From an uncultured Clostridia bacterium (lineage in GTDB: Bacteria; Bacillota; Dehalobacteriia; UBA4068), in assembly GCA_944390945.1 (NCBI GenBank), contig CALXRV010000011.1, forward strand, positions 37,977-101,976: 64,000 nt of DNA. Direction: 5' to 3'. The notes beneath the pieces were generated by a model that saw nothing but the letters and a program-made list of their open reading frames with translations, did no database searches and had not been told where the DNA came from. Positions within the stretch are counted from its first letter, which is position 1. Each line of letters begins with the position of its first letter. The position numbers and the translations under genes are program-made. Below are positions 1-8,696 of this stretch, piece by piece.

Positions 1-181
1 GACAGAAGCACCGGCTGTCAGCTTCTTTCCTGCCGTATTGGGTGAAAAAGCGGGGCTGATCGGCGCACATCTGCTGCTTGCAGAAAAAAAGTAAATCCAT
101 GCGATCGACCATCTATTCAGCCATCCATAAAACTGAATATAATTAATTTTTGTAATAATATATTTATAATAAAATTTATTA

Positions 182-210
182 TTGACATGATTTTAAAAAT
201 ACGGTAAAAT
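182..210 (+). promoter_or_regulatory. Sigma-A-type promoter: -35 TTGACA (182-187), 17-nt spacer, -10 TAAAAT (205-210), with an AT-rich UP-like tract upstream
   Basis: Consensus hexamers with ideal spacing read directly in the sequence. No ORF lies downstream; see the finding on the orphan transcript. Confidence 0.6.
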
Positions 211-770
211 TAAAGTGCGATCCTTAATCAAGCGGAACAGACCGGCTGTACCATAGCAGAGTAACGATGTTCAGCACCATTTTAACGGTAAGCCTGCATT
301 TAAGACATGACCTCTGCTTATGAAGGTAAAAGACAAGATCCCTATCAACAGATTCTGTATCGCGATCATGCTGTGTAAGAAACATCATGAGTATCCAGTG
401 GCGAATATGGAGACTGGAGCGCTGTTTCCCCCTTTTTCAATATCCATATCGCCGCTGCAGATGAAGGGTCCCATGTTTGTAAACGCGGAATAAAAATATG
501 TTTGATTGGTCAACAGCATCAGGAGGAATGGTTTTTTGAAGCTTGGCAAGTATGAATGTTTTCCGCTTGCATAAGGTTCGCGGTCGCCCGCTGTTTCCTG
601 CCACCGCTGTAATTCGCGTTTTGCCATATGCTTCCGGCGCTATGGCGTGAGGAATGACGAATGGAAACGGCAAACAGGATCGCTGTCTGCATCCTGTGGG
701 CAGGAGGAATCAAGCGTTGTTCGTATCTCTGTGTTGTTCGTATCTCTGTAAGGAAAAGCTTCGTTCAGGA

Positions 771-806
771 GGAGCGTCCGGGTAGGTCCGGACGCTCCAT
801 TTTTAT
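771..806 (+). terminator. Rho-independent terminator (stem GGAGCGTCCGG / CCGGACGCTCC, loop GTAGGT, then ATTTTTAT)
   Basis: Perfect 11-bp GC-rich inverted repeat followed by a T-run on the + strand only. It closes the unit opened by the promoter at 182-210. Confidence 0.6.
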
Positions 807-815
807 GTGGCAGGT

Positions 816-1568
816 TCAGGCAGGCTGATCCATCACTTCCATAATATATCCAATGCCACGAACTGTTTTGATGAAGCGTGGGTGCTGCGGTGTTTCTCCC
901 AGCTTTTCACGCAGGTGGCGAATATGTACCATAACCGTATTTCCCCCATTCAAATAAGGTTCTCGCCAGATGCGGCAAAACAATTCCTCGGCAGAAACTA
1001 CACGTCCCCGATTCGTGGCCAGTAGCCAGAGAATCTCAAATTCCAGCGGGGTCAAAGCGATCTGCCTGCCATCCAGCAAACAGATATGTTGCTTCCTGTC
1101 GATCGTCAAGCCGCAAATGGAAAAACACTGCGCTATCCCCGACGGCAGCGAAGCGCTGGCCAACAGCGCAGCCACCTGCTGTATCAGTTCATGCGGGCGA
1201 AATGGCTTGGCAACAAATCCCGCAGCGCCCCAGGCTATACCACCGTCGTATTGCGTTGCAATATCCCCAGGAGCGATAAGCAAAAGCACCTGACAACTAA
1301 ACTGCTCCCGCAAGCGTCGGCAAAAACGCCCGCCCGCCAAGCCCAGTTGCGCCAGATCCAAAATAACCAGATCAAACTTTTGCTGCATCAGCCGCTGCAA
1401 TGCTTGTTCAACATCCACACATTTATCAACATCATAACCAGCCTGGCAAAGACATTTCTCCGCCAGCTCTGCACTTTTCCTTTCTCCGTCCAAAATCAGA
1501 ATACAACCGCCCATTTCTTCGTACTCGTGTCTCCTTTCGATATCCACAGCCGCAATTTTTCTCTGCAC
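816..1568 (-). CDS. OmpR-family response regulator with a winged-helix DNA-binding domain and an atypical receiver domain
   Basis: C-terminal segment VHIRHLREKLGETPQHPRFIKTVRGIGYIM is a typical OmpR wing. The receiver keeps the phospho-Asp context LVILDL and the Lys (AKPF). It has DG instead of the acidic DD/DE pair, and Ala where Thr/Ser is expected (LLLIAPGD). No cognate kinase is adjacent. Start codon uncertain: no SD before ATG at 1568, and the internal ATG (MGGCILIL) has a distant SD. Confidence 0.7.
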   Translation of the reverse strand: MQRKIAAVDIERRHEYEEMGGCILILDGERKSAELAEKCLCQAGYDVDKCVDVEQALQRLMQQKFDLVILDLAQLGLAGGRFCRRLREQFSCQVLLLIAPGDIATQYDGGIAWGAAGFVAKPFRPHELIQQVAALLASASLPSGIAQCFSICGLTIDRKQHICLLDGRQIALTPLEFEILWLLATNRGRVVSAEELFCRIWREPYLNGGNTVMVHIRHLREKLGETPQHPRFIKTVRGIGYIMEVMDQPA

Positions 1569-1679
1569 ATATTTTATCTTATAATATACTAATTATCCTA
1601 CTTTATAGGATAAGTCAATATTTTATCGGATAAAATGCTATAGTAACTGCAGAATATCGGCGAAAAAGGGGAACGCCAG

Positions 1680-1838
1680 ATGAAACCGTTAAAGGTAAAA
1701 GTCAGCATCACATTGGATGAAACCGTTGTCGAAACCGCAAAAAAATTAGCAGAAGAAGATGATCGCACATTTTCGCAGTTCATCAACTCCGTACTCAAAG
1801 AATACATCGCTAAAAAAACAACCGATGCAAAGCCATGA
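1680..1838 (+). CDS. Small ribbon-helix-helix (CopG/antitoxin-like) DNA-binding protein, 52 aa (MKPLKVKVSITLDETVVETAKKLAEEDDRTFSQFINSVLKEYIAKKTTDAKP)
   Basis: Below the 60-aa cutoff of the ORF track. SD AAAAAGGGG sits 9 nt upstream of the ATG. The beta-strand then two helices pattern (ITLDE...DRTFSQFINSVLKEY) is typical of RHH proteins. An intrinsic terminator follows immediately. Confidence 0.55.
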   Translation: MKPLKVKVSITLDETVVETAKKLAEEDDRTFSQFINSVLKEYIAKKTTDAKP

Positions 1839-1874
1839 AAGACCGAAGCGGGAAAACCTGCTTTGGTCTTTTCA
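1838..1874 (+). terminator. Rho-independent terminator (AAAGACCGAAGC..GCTTTGGTCTTTT)
   Basis: Hairpin with G-U wobble pairs followed by TTTT directly after the RHH gene stop. Confidence 0.5.
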
Positions 1875-2116
1875 TGGTTTTGCATTTCCCCAGCAAAAGC
1901 CACATACCAACAAAGAAAAAAACCGAAAGCATTTGCATGAAATCATCCAGCCTTGGCTAGCGCATACAAAAACAAATTTTTTACACACAACTTTTCAGTA
2001 GTAGTAGAAAGACTTTCTTTTCAGCACAACAAAAAAATTAAAGCATCCTTGCTATCTTAAATTCTTTTCCTGGCAAAACAAAAGATTCTACATTAAAATT
2101 CAAAAAAAACAAAAAC

Positions 2117-2145
2117 TTGACTGCACCCAAAACGCGATATATAAT
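2117..2145 (+). promoter_or_regulatory. Sigma-A promoter for paaK: -35 TTGACT (2117-2122), 17-nt spacer, -10 TATAAT (2140-2145)
   Basis: Near-consensus hexamers with 17-nt spacing about 70 nt upstream of the paaK ATG. Confidence 0.65.
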
Positions 2146-2157
2146 AAATCATTCTTA

Positions 2158-2175
2158 TACGGAATTCGTTCCGTA
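2158..2175. promoter_or_regulatory. Perfect palindrome TACGGAA-TTCG-TTCCGTA just downstream of the paaK -10, a candidate repressor operator
   Basis: 7-bp inverted repeats with a 4-bp spacer lying between the predicted TSS and the SD of paaK. Confidence 0.35.
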
Positions 2176-2215
2176 CCAGTTATAAAATACATATTGAAAG
2201 GAAGGGAATTGACCG

Positions 2216-3523
2216 ATGGACCGCTGCTATCAACCGGAAATCGAGACCATGCCGGTGGAGGAGATCAAAAAGCTGCAAAGCGAACGCCTAGTAAAGCAGG
2301 TGGCGCATGTGTTTGCAAACGTCCCCTATTACAGGCACCTGATGGAAGAAAAGGGACTGACCCCTGCGGATATTCACGGGGTGGAGGATTTGCACAAACT
2401 GCCCTTTACCTGCAAACAAGATCTGCGCGACACCTATCCTTATGGCCTGTTCGCAGTTCCAATGGATGATGTCGTTCGCCTCCATGCCAGTTCCGGCACG
2501 ACCGGTAAGCAGATCGTCGTCGGCTATACTCAGCACGACCTGGATATCTGGGATGAAATCGCCGCACGCCAGCTGGTCGCTGTCGGCGGCAGCAAGCATG
2601 ATATGGTTCATGTCTCCTATGGTTATGGTCTGTTCACCGGCGGTTTTGGCCTGCACGGCGGCGCACAGCGTCTGGGAGCTACTGCTATCCCGGTCAGCTC
2701 AGGAAATACAAAACGTCAAATCACCATTTTGCGCGATTTCGGCTCTACGATCCTTTGCTGCACCCCATCCTATGCTGCTTTCATTGGTGAAACTTTGCAT
2801 GATATGGGGCTCGGTCCGGAAGACATCAGCCTGAAAGCCGGCATTTTCGGAGCTGAAGCTTGGACAGAAGAGATGCGCCGCGATATCGAGGCTAAGCTTG
2901 GCATCAAAGCCTATGATGTCTATGGCCTCACGGAAATCATGGGCCCCTGTGTTTCCTATGAATGCTCGGCGCAGACCGGCATGCATGTCAACGAAGATCA
3001 CTTCATCGTGGAAGTCATTGATCCGGATACCGGCAAAGTGCTGCCGGAAGGCGAACGCGGCGAACTCGTTTTCACCTGCATCACGAAAGAGGCCTTCCCA
3101 CTGCTGCGTTACCGCACACGCGATATTGGTATCATTAGCCGGAAGCCCTGCCCCTGCGGCAGAACCTTCATCAAAATGAGCAAGCCGATGGGACGTACCG
3201 ACGATATGCTGATCATCCGTGGCGTCAATGTATTCCCGTCGCAGATTGAAGGCGTTCTGATGGAGCGCGGCTACAGTTCCAACTATCAGATCGTTGTCAA
3301 CCGTGTCAACAATACGGATACGCTCGATGTTTATGTAGAGATTCTGCCGGATCAGTTCTCCGATACCGTGCGTGGAGTCTCCGCTGCGGAACATGAACTG
3401 GAAGAAGCGCTGAAATCCCTGCTTGGCATCGTAGCCATCGTCCATCTCGTCGCTCCAAAGAGCATCGAACGCAGCACGGGTAAGGCGGTGCGCGTCATCG
3501 ATAAACGCAAGCTGCATGATTGA
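2216..3523 (+). CDS. paaK: Phenylacetate-CoA ligase family adenylate-forming enzyme (PaaK-like)
   Basis: 435 aa. N-terminal signature MPVEEIKKLQSERLVKQV...PYYRHLMEEKGLTPADIHGVEDLHKLPFTCKQDLRDTYPYGLFAVPMDDVVRLHASSGTTGKQIVVGYTQHDLDIWDE matches the PaaK family. SD AGGAAGGGAA. Confidence 0.85.
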   Translation: MDRCYQPEIETMPVEEIKKLQSERLVKQVAHVFANVPYYRHLMEEKGLTPADIHGVEDLHKLPFTCKQDLRDTYPYGLFAVPMDDVVRLHASSGTTGKQIVVGYTQHDLDIWDEIAARQLVAVGGSKHDMVHVSYGYGLFTGGFGLHGGAQRLGATAIPVSSGNTKRQITILRDFGSTILCCTPSYAAFIGETLHDMGLGPEDISLKAGIFGAEAWTEEMRRDIEAKLGIKAYDVYGLTEIMGPCVSYECSAQTGMHVNEDHFIVEVIDPDTGKVLPEGERGELVFTCITKEAFPLLRYRTRDIGIISRKPCPCGRTFIKMSKPMGRTDDMLIIRGVNVFPSQIEGVLMERGYSSNYQIVVNRVNNTDTLDVYVEILPDQFSDTVRGVSAAEHELEEALKSLLGIVAIVHLVAPKSIERSTGKAVRVIDKRKLHD

Positions 3524-3553
3524 AATGGATGCCATTAAAAGGAGGAATCTTTC

Positions 3554-3985
3554 ATGATGGTCAAACAGATTTCTATCTTCGTAGAAAATCGTGCCGGGCA
3601 ATTGCTGAAGGTAACCGATGTATTGGCTGCACATCAGATCAATATGCGTGCGCTTTCCCTGGCGGATACCCGCGATTTCGGTATTTTACGGCTGATCGTG
3701 GATGATGCGGATAAAGCAGCGACCGCCTTGACAGAAGCAGGTTTTGTCTATTCGATCACTCCCGTATTGGCAGTGATTATTCCGGATGAGCCGGGCAGCT
3801 TTTCCCATATCCTGCATGTATTGGCGGATGGCGGCATCAATATTGAATACACCTATGCTTTCCTTTCGCAAAGCAGCGACCATGCCTGCATGATTTTCCG
3901 TGTAGAAAATGCAGAAAAAGCAACCGAAGTGTTGCAAGCAAACGGCGTGGAGCTTGCGATGCAGCAAGAGTTGTACCGGCAATAA
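3554..3985 (+). CDS. ACT-domain protein (tandem ACT), the usual PaaK partner
   Basis: 143 aa. MMVKQISIFVENRAGQLLKVTDVL... is an ACT fold signature. GGAGG SD. Same operon as paaK. Confidence 0.7.
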   Translation: MMVKQISIFVENRAGQLLKVTDVLAAHQINMRALSLADTRDFGILRLIVDDADKAATALTEAGFVYSITPVLAVIIPDEPGSFSHILHVLADGGINIEYTYAFLSQSSDHACMIFRVENAEKATEVLQANGVELAMQQELYRQ

Positions 3986-4036
3986 ATCTGCCACCCGAAC
4001 GCGCGTTGGCAAGCCAAATCCCAACCATCCACAGAT

Positions 4037-4084
4037 AAAATCAACAAGCCGTCCCCTGTATGGGACGGCTTGTTGATTTTATCT
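4037..4084 (+). terminator. Rho-independent terminator (AAAATCAACAAGCCGTCCC ctgtat GGGACGGCTTGTTGATTTT)
   Basis: 19-bp perfect stem followed by a T-run after the ACT gene. Confidence 0.75.
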
Positions 4085-4338
4085 GCTGATATACGCCGCG
4101 GCATACGCCATGTCGACAGTCCCCATTCATCCAAGCGCGGAAATGTTATTTCACATCTGCGCATAGAATCAATCATCGGCTGGCCAAAACAAAACGGCAC
4201 AAAACAGGACGGAAGATAAACTATGGTGCACATTGTCTTTCCACACAGAACGGCGCTTTAGACAAGCGATATAACAAGACAGTTAGCTGCGATAATAGAA
4301 TATTATAGTCAAAATGAAAACATGAATGCGTAAAAAGC

Positions 4339-4367
4339 TTGCTTTTTTATAACGGAGCTGTTAAAAT
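4339..4367 (+). promoter_or_regulatory. Candidate promoter for the liv operon: -35 TTGCTT, 17 nt, -10 TAAAAT
   Basis: Hexamers read in the sequence. It would give a ~230-nt leader before livK. Confidence 0.35.
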
Positions 4368-4602
4368 AAACGAAAGACTTTAAGTTGTTAGGGTTTTCAA
4401 ATGTTTCCCCCTTCTTCTTGTGCTAATACGACAAAACATTCTGATCGGCATATTTACTGAAATATCCACAGCGTTTTGTTATTATAAAAGTTTACAAATT
4501 TCCAGTTTGCTGCCCCTGGTCAGGGGTTGCGAGCGGGAAAATCCAATAGGATCATAAGGCGCTTGCAACATAACATCTGCAAAAACGAGAGGAGGAAAAT
4601 GT

Positions 4603-5790
4603 ATGACGAAAAAATGGCTCCTGTTGCTGATCATGGTTTTGACCCTTGCTCTGTTCGCCTTTGGGTGCGCAGAAAGCGGCGAACCTGCCACGGAAGGTCA
4701 GGGTGGTGAAGAACAGGCGGGTGAAGAAAGCACCGGTGAAGAGACGTCTGGCGGTGTGATCGAAATCGGTGTGCTGGCACCGACAACCGGCTCCGAAGCT
4801 TATTACGGCAACGACATGGTTCAGTCTTACCAGATGGCGATCGACGAGATCAACGAAGCTGGCGGCGTACTGGGCAATACGCTTGAACTGTTCGTTGAGG
4901 ATGATGCCTGCGACGCAGCACAAGCTGCGACCGCCGCATCCAAAATCATCTCGGCAGAGCCTGATTTCGTGGTCGGCGGTTATTGCTCCGGCGCCACCAT
5001 CCCAGCGCTGCAGCAGTTTTATGATGCCGGACTGATCATGCTGGTTTCCTGTGCAAATTCCACCAACATCACGGATCTTGCCCTGGAACAGACATTCATG
5101 ATCAACAGCCCCGGAACACATGCGGTGCAGACGCTGAGTGCACTGCTCTCCAGCCTGGGGGTAACCAAGGTTGCTACCATTCACCAGGGCGATGACTACA
5201 CGAAAAACCTCTCCGATATCTGCGAAGCACAACTTCCGGAAGCTGGCTTTGAGATCGTTGCTGTAGAAGTGATGGAAAAAGGTGCGGCAGATGTCTCCGC
5301 CATTGTTACAGCCATCCGTAATGCGGGTGCAGAATTCGTTTACTGGTGTGGATATCACGCAGATGGTTCCAACGTGATCAAGCAGCTCCGCCAAGGCGGC
5401 TATGAAGGATACATCTGCTGCGGTGACGGTTCTGCCTCTCCTGAATTGATCACAGCCTGCGGCCCGGACGGCGAAGGTGTTTACGTCACTTCCCCGCCGA
5501 ATGTTGAGCTGGCAGAAGGCGGAGAAGAATACATCGCAAAATACACCGATTTGTACGGCACTGGCCCCGGCGCTTATTCCACGCTCTGCTATGACACGAT
5601 TTATGTGTTGAAAGAAGCGATCGAAACTGCCGGTTCCACCGACTATGAAGCGGTGCGCGATGCCATCCAGAACATTGAATACCAGGGTCTTTCCGGCCTG
5701 ATTAAATTCGCGGAAAACCGTGAACTGGCCGTATCCAACTTCATCGTCATGCAAATTGAAGACGGCGCATTCAAGCTGATCGAACCGTAA
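4603..5790 (+). CDS. livK: ABC transporter substrate-binding lipoprotein, periplasmic-binding-protein type I (Leu/Ile/Val LivK/LivJ family)
   Basis: 395 aa. Lipoprotein signal with lipobox LFAFGC, a Gly/Glu-rich linker, then a PBP1 fold. SD GAGGAGG. First gene of a LivKHMGF-order cluster. Confidence 0.8.
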   Translation: MTKKWLLLLIMVLTLALFAFGCAESGEPATEGQGGEEQAGEESTGEETSGGVIEIGVLAPTTGSEAYYGNDMVQSYQMAIDEINEAGGVLGNTLELFVEDDACDAAQAATAASKIISAEPDFVVGGYCSGATIPALQQFYDAGLIMLVSCANSTNITDLALEQTFMINSPGTHAVQTLSALLSSLGVTKVATIHQGDDYTKNLSDICEAQLPEAGFEIVAVEVMEKGAADVSAIVTAIRNAGAEFVYWCGYHADGSNVIKQLRQGGYEGYICCGDGSASPELITACGPDGEGVYVTSPPNVELAEGGEEYIAKYTDLYGTGPGAYSTLCYDTIYVLKEAIETAGSTDYEAVRDAIQNIEYQGLSGLIKFAENRELAVSNFIVMQIEDGAFKLIEP

Positions 5791-5888
5791 GCCGTAAGCA
5801 TGCATCCATTTGATGGGCGCGCAAAGCGCGCCCATCAAACTTTCATTTGCATAAGCAGTTTCATCAAAAAATGGGTGGTGATGTTTGA

Positions 5889-6800
5889 ATGTTATCCGCT
5901 GGAGAGGTTATTCTGCAACAGTTAATGAATGGCCTGATCCTTGGTTCTTTCTATGCCTTGATCGCCTTGGGCTATTCCATGGTATACGGCATTATCAAAC
6001 TTTTAAACTTCGCACATGGCGATATTTATATGACCGGAGCATTCGTCGGTTTCTTTGTATTCGGTATTCTGGCTGGCACAGTTGGTAGTTCCTGGGGGGG
6101 CGTCATCCTGGCTATGCTGGCGGCCATGTGCGTCTGCGGGTTGCTCGGTTTTCTGATCCAGCTGCTCGCCTACCGGCCATTATTTGACGCGCCGCGTCTT
6201 TCCCTGCTGATCACAGCCATTGGCGTTTCGCTCATCCTCTACAATACGGTGATGATCATCACCAATGGTGAATATATGTTCTTCCAGCATTCCATTCCTG
6301 CTGGTGGTCTGACCTTCGGCAATGTAACGATCACCTGGGTGCAGCTGGTGTTGCTGGCGATTACGGCGGTACTAATGCTTGTGCTTTCCTGGTTTATCGG
6401 CACAACAATCTGGGGGAAAGCCATGCGTGCTATTTCTCTAGATAAACCGACCTGCCGTCTGATGGGTATCAACGTCAACAAGATCATTGGTCTCACCTTC
6501 TTCATCGGCTCCGCACTCGCCGCCGTAGCCGGCGTCATGTCCTGTGTCTATTATGGCAGCCTGCACTATTTCATGGGCTATATGATGGGTATCAAGGCAT
6601 TCACCGCCGCAGTGATCGGTGGCATCGGCTCAATCCCCGGGGCCATGCTGGGCGGTCTTTTGCTCGGCCTGCTGGAAGCCGCGGGCACGCAGGCTTTAGG
6701 ATCATCCTGGAAAGATGTTTTCGCATTTTCCCTGCTGATCATCATGTTGATCTTCAAGCCAACCGGCCTGCTGGGTAAAACCGAGATTGAGAGGATGTAG
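5889..6800 (+). CDS. livH: Branched-chain amino acid ABC transporter permease (LivH family)
   Basis: 303 aa polytopic membrane protein with LivH-like N-terminus MLSAGEVILQQLMNGLILGSFYALIALGYSMVYG. Confidence 0.85.
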   Translation: MLSAGEVILQQLMNGLILGSFYALIALGYSMVYGIIKLLNFAHGDIYMTGAFVGFFVFGILAGTVGSSWGGVILAMLAAMCVCGLLGFLIQLLAYRPLFDAPRLSLLITAIGVSLILYNTVMIITNGEYMFFQHSIPAGGLTFGNVTITWVQLVLLAITAVLMLVLSWFIGTTIWGKAMRAISLDKPTCRLMGINVNKIIGLTFFIGSALAAVAGVMSCVYYGSLHYFMGYMMGIKAFTAAVIGGIGSIPGAMLGGLLLGLLEAAGTQALGSSWKDVFAFSLLIIMLIFKPTGLLGKTEIERM

Positions 6801-6802
6801 CC

Positions 6803-7873
6803 ATGGAACATAACGAAAACATCAAACTGCAAAATATAGAAGTCACCGCCAATACAGCTGCTGCCGAAGAAGCGGCTGTCGAAGAACCCACAGTCATCCA
6901 GCGCAAGGGCATTGCCGGCGCCTGGGACAATTTTGTGGAAGGCATGTACCGCCTGGTGGAGACAACAAAGGGCAAGATCCTGGTCTTTGGTATTCTGCTC
7001 ATTGCGGTAGGCACCATGCCGCTGTGGGCCAGCAGCTATGTACTGCAGGTAGCATGGAATGCCATGTTCTATATGCTGCTCGCGATCGGCTGTAATATCA
7101 TCGTTGGTTATTGTGGAATGTGCGACCTGGGCTATGCAGCGAAATTTGCCGTTGGCGCCTATACTTCCGCCATCCTGGTCAAAACCTTTGGCTGGAATTT
7201 CTGGCTGACATTGCCGGTGGTGATCATCTTCGCCATCATCGCAGCCTGCATCATGGGCGGTCCGGTGGTACGCCTGCGCAGCGACTATTTAGCCATCGTC
7301 ACTTTAGGCTTTGGTGAAATCGTGCGTATCGTGGCCCGCAATCTAGAGATCACCGGCTCGGCATCTGGCATTTCCGGCATTCCCCGCCCCTATTTGTTTG
7401 GCGTGCAGCTGACGAAAATCTGGATGTGGTTCTTTGTCTTCATCATCCTGGTCATCATTTTCGTCATTGCTTCCAACAGGCTGAAAAATTCACGCTTCGG
7501 CCGGGCTTTGGAATACATTCGCGAGGATGAAGACGCAGCTGAGGCAATGGGTGTAGATGTAGCTCGTTATAAGCTGTGGGCTTTTATCATGGGTACGGTA
7601 TTCGGCGCGTTGGCCGGCGCATTCTACGCCATGCAGATGGCGGCGATCTCGCCGAACAGTTTCCAGTTCCTGCAGTCCGCAAACATCCTGCTGGCTGTCG
7701 TACTTGGCGGTATGGGTAAGGTGCCTGGCGTAATGGCTGGCGCGGCTTTCTTCGCCATCTTCCCGGAAGTATTCCGTGATATTGGCGAGTACCGCATGCT
7801 AATTTTCGGCATCGCACTCGTGATCGTGATGATCTTCCGTCCGCAGGGCCTGTGGCCGGAAAGACGCCGCTAG
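6803..7873 (+). CDS. livM: Branched-chain amino acid ABC transporter permease (LivM family)
   Basis: 356 aa membrane protein. It starts 3 nt after the livH stop. Has a LivM-like core. Confidence 0.8.
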   Translation: MEHNENIKLQNIEVTANTAAAEEAAVEEPTVIQRKGIAGAWDNFVEGMYRLVETTKGKILVFGILLIAVGTMPLWASSYVLQVAWNAMFYMLLAIGCNIIVGYCGMCDLGYAAKFAVGAYTSAILVKTFGWNFWLTLPVVIIFAIIAACIMGGPVVRLRSDYLAIVTLGFGEIVRIVARNLEITGSASGISGIPRPYLFGVQLTKIWMWFFVFIILVIIFVIASNRLKNSRFGRALEYIREDEDAAEAMGVDVARYKLWAFIMGTVFGALAGAFYAMQMAAISPNSFQFLQSANILLAVVLGGMGKVPGVMAGAAFFAIFPEVFRDIGEYRMLIFGIALVIVMIFRPQGLWPERRR

Positions 7874-7898
7874 CCATAAACTGCGAGAACATATAAGG

Positions 7899-8696
7899 GT
7901 GGGTGAGAACATGGCATTAATGGAAGTGACCGATTTAACGATGCGCTTTGGCGGTATCGTCGCAGTGGATACCCTGACATTCAATATAGACAAGGGCTCG
8001 ATCACCGCCTTGATCGGCCCCAATGGCGCGGGCAAGACTTCCGCCTTCAACTGCCTGACCGGCTTTTACAAGGCAACGAGCGGCCAGATCCTCTTTGAAG
8101 GCCAATCTCTGCTAAACATGCGTCCCTATAAAATCACACATAAAGGCATAGTCCGCACTTTCCAGAATGTCCGTTTATTTAAGAACATGACGGTGATGGA
8201 AAATGTGATGAGTGGCTGCCACAGCATCAGCAAACAGTTTGTCGGTGGAGCCCTGCTGAGGCACCCGGCACAGCGCAAGGAAGAGGCGGAGATCCGCCGC
8301 ATCTCAGAAGAAGCGCTAAAGTTCATCGATATCCTGGATCTGAAAGATCGTGTAGCAAAAAACCTGCCTTATGGCTATCAGCGGCGTGTTGAATGGGCGC
8401 GCGCTATCGCCAGCCGGCCAAAATTGCTGCTGTTGGATGAACCGGCTGCCGGTTTGAACCGTGAGGAAAAGAACGATCTCGTGCGGCTAATCCGCCGTTT
8501 CCGTAATGAACTGGGCATTACCGTATTCCTGATCGAGCATGATATGGGCTTGGTGATGGAGGTTGCGGAAAAAATCGTCGTCATCAACTTTGGCACCAAA
8601 ATCGCTGAAGGCACGCCAGAGGAAATCCAGGCCAACCCGTTGGTCATCGAGGCTTACCTGGGCAAGGATGATGATGAAGGAGGGCCGGTACAATGA
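7899..8696 (+). CDS. livG: ABC transporter ATP-binding protein (LivG family)
   Basis: Walker A GPNGAGKT, signature motif and Walker B LLLLDEPAAGLN, plus a LivG-type C-terminal extension. Confidence 0.85.
   Translation: MGENMALMEVTDLTMRFGGIVAVDTLTFNIDKGSITALIGPNGAGKTSAFNCLTGFYKATSGQILFEGQSLLNMRPYKITHKGIVRTFQNVRLFKNMTVMENVMSGCHSISKQFVGGALLRHPAQRKEEAEIRRISEEALKFIDILDLKDRVAKNLPYGYQRRVEWARAIASRPKLLLLDEPAAGLNREEKNDLVRLIRRFRNELGITVFLIEHDMGLVMEVAEKIVVINFGTKIAEGTPEEIQANPLVIEAYLGKDDDEGGPVQ

Noticed and set aside
2-94. Open frame running from the window edge to a TAA at 92-94 (…VLGEKAGLIGAHLLLAEKK*), possibly the 3' end of an upstream gene
   Set aside because: Only 31 codons are visible and there is no motif content. 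Cannot be supported from this window alone.
385-713. Three overlapping minus-strand ORFs (64-80 aa) in three different frames inside the orphan transcript
   Set aside because: No SD sequences, no recognisable similarity, and they are antisense to a promoter-to-terminator unit. The three-frame pattern could mean a decayed pseudogene, but nothing supports a product.
2699-3634. 311-aa minus-strand ORF
   Set aside because: Antisense to paaK. No SD. Spurious.
4552-5838. 428-aa minus-strand ORF
   Set aside because: Entirely antisense to the well-supported livK gene. A Cys/Gly/Arg-rich, low-complexity translation typical of a GC-rich antisense frame.
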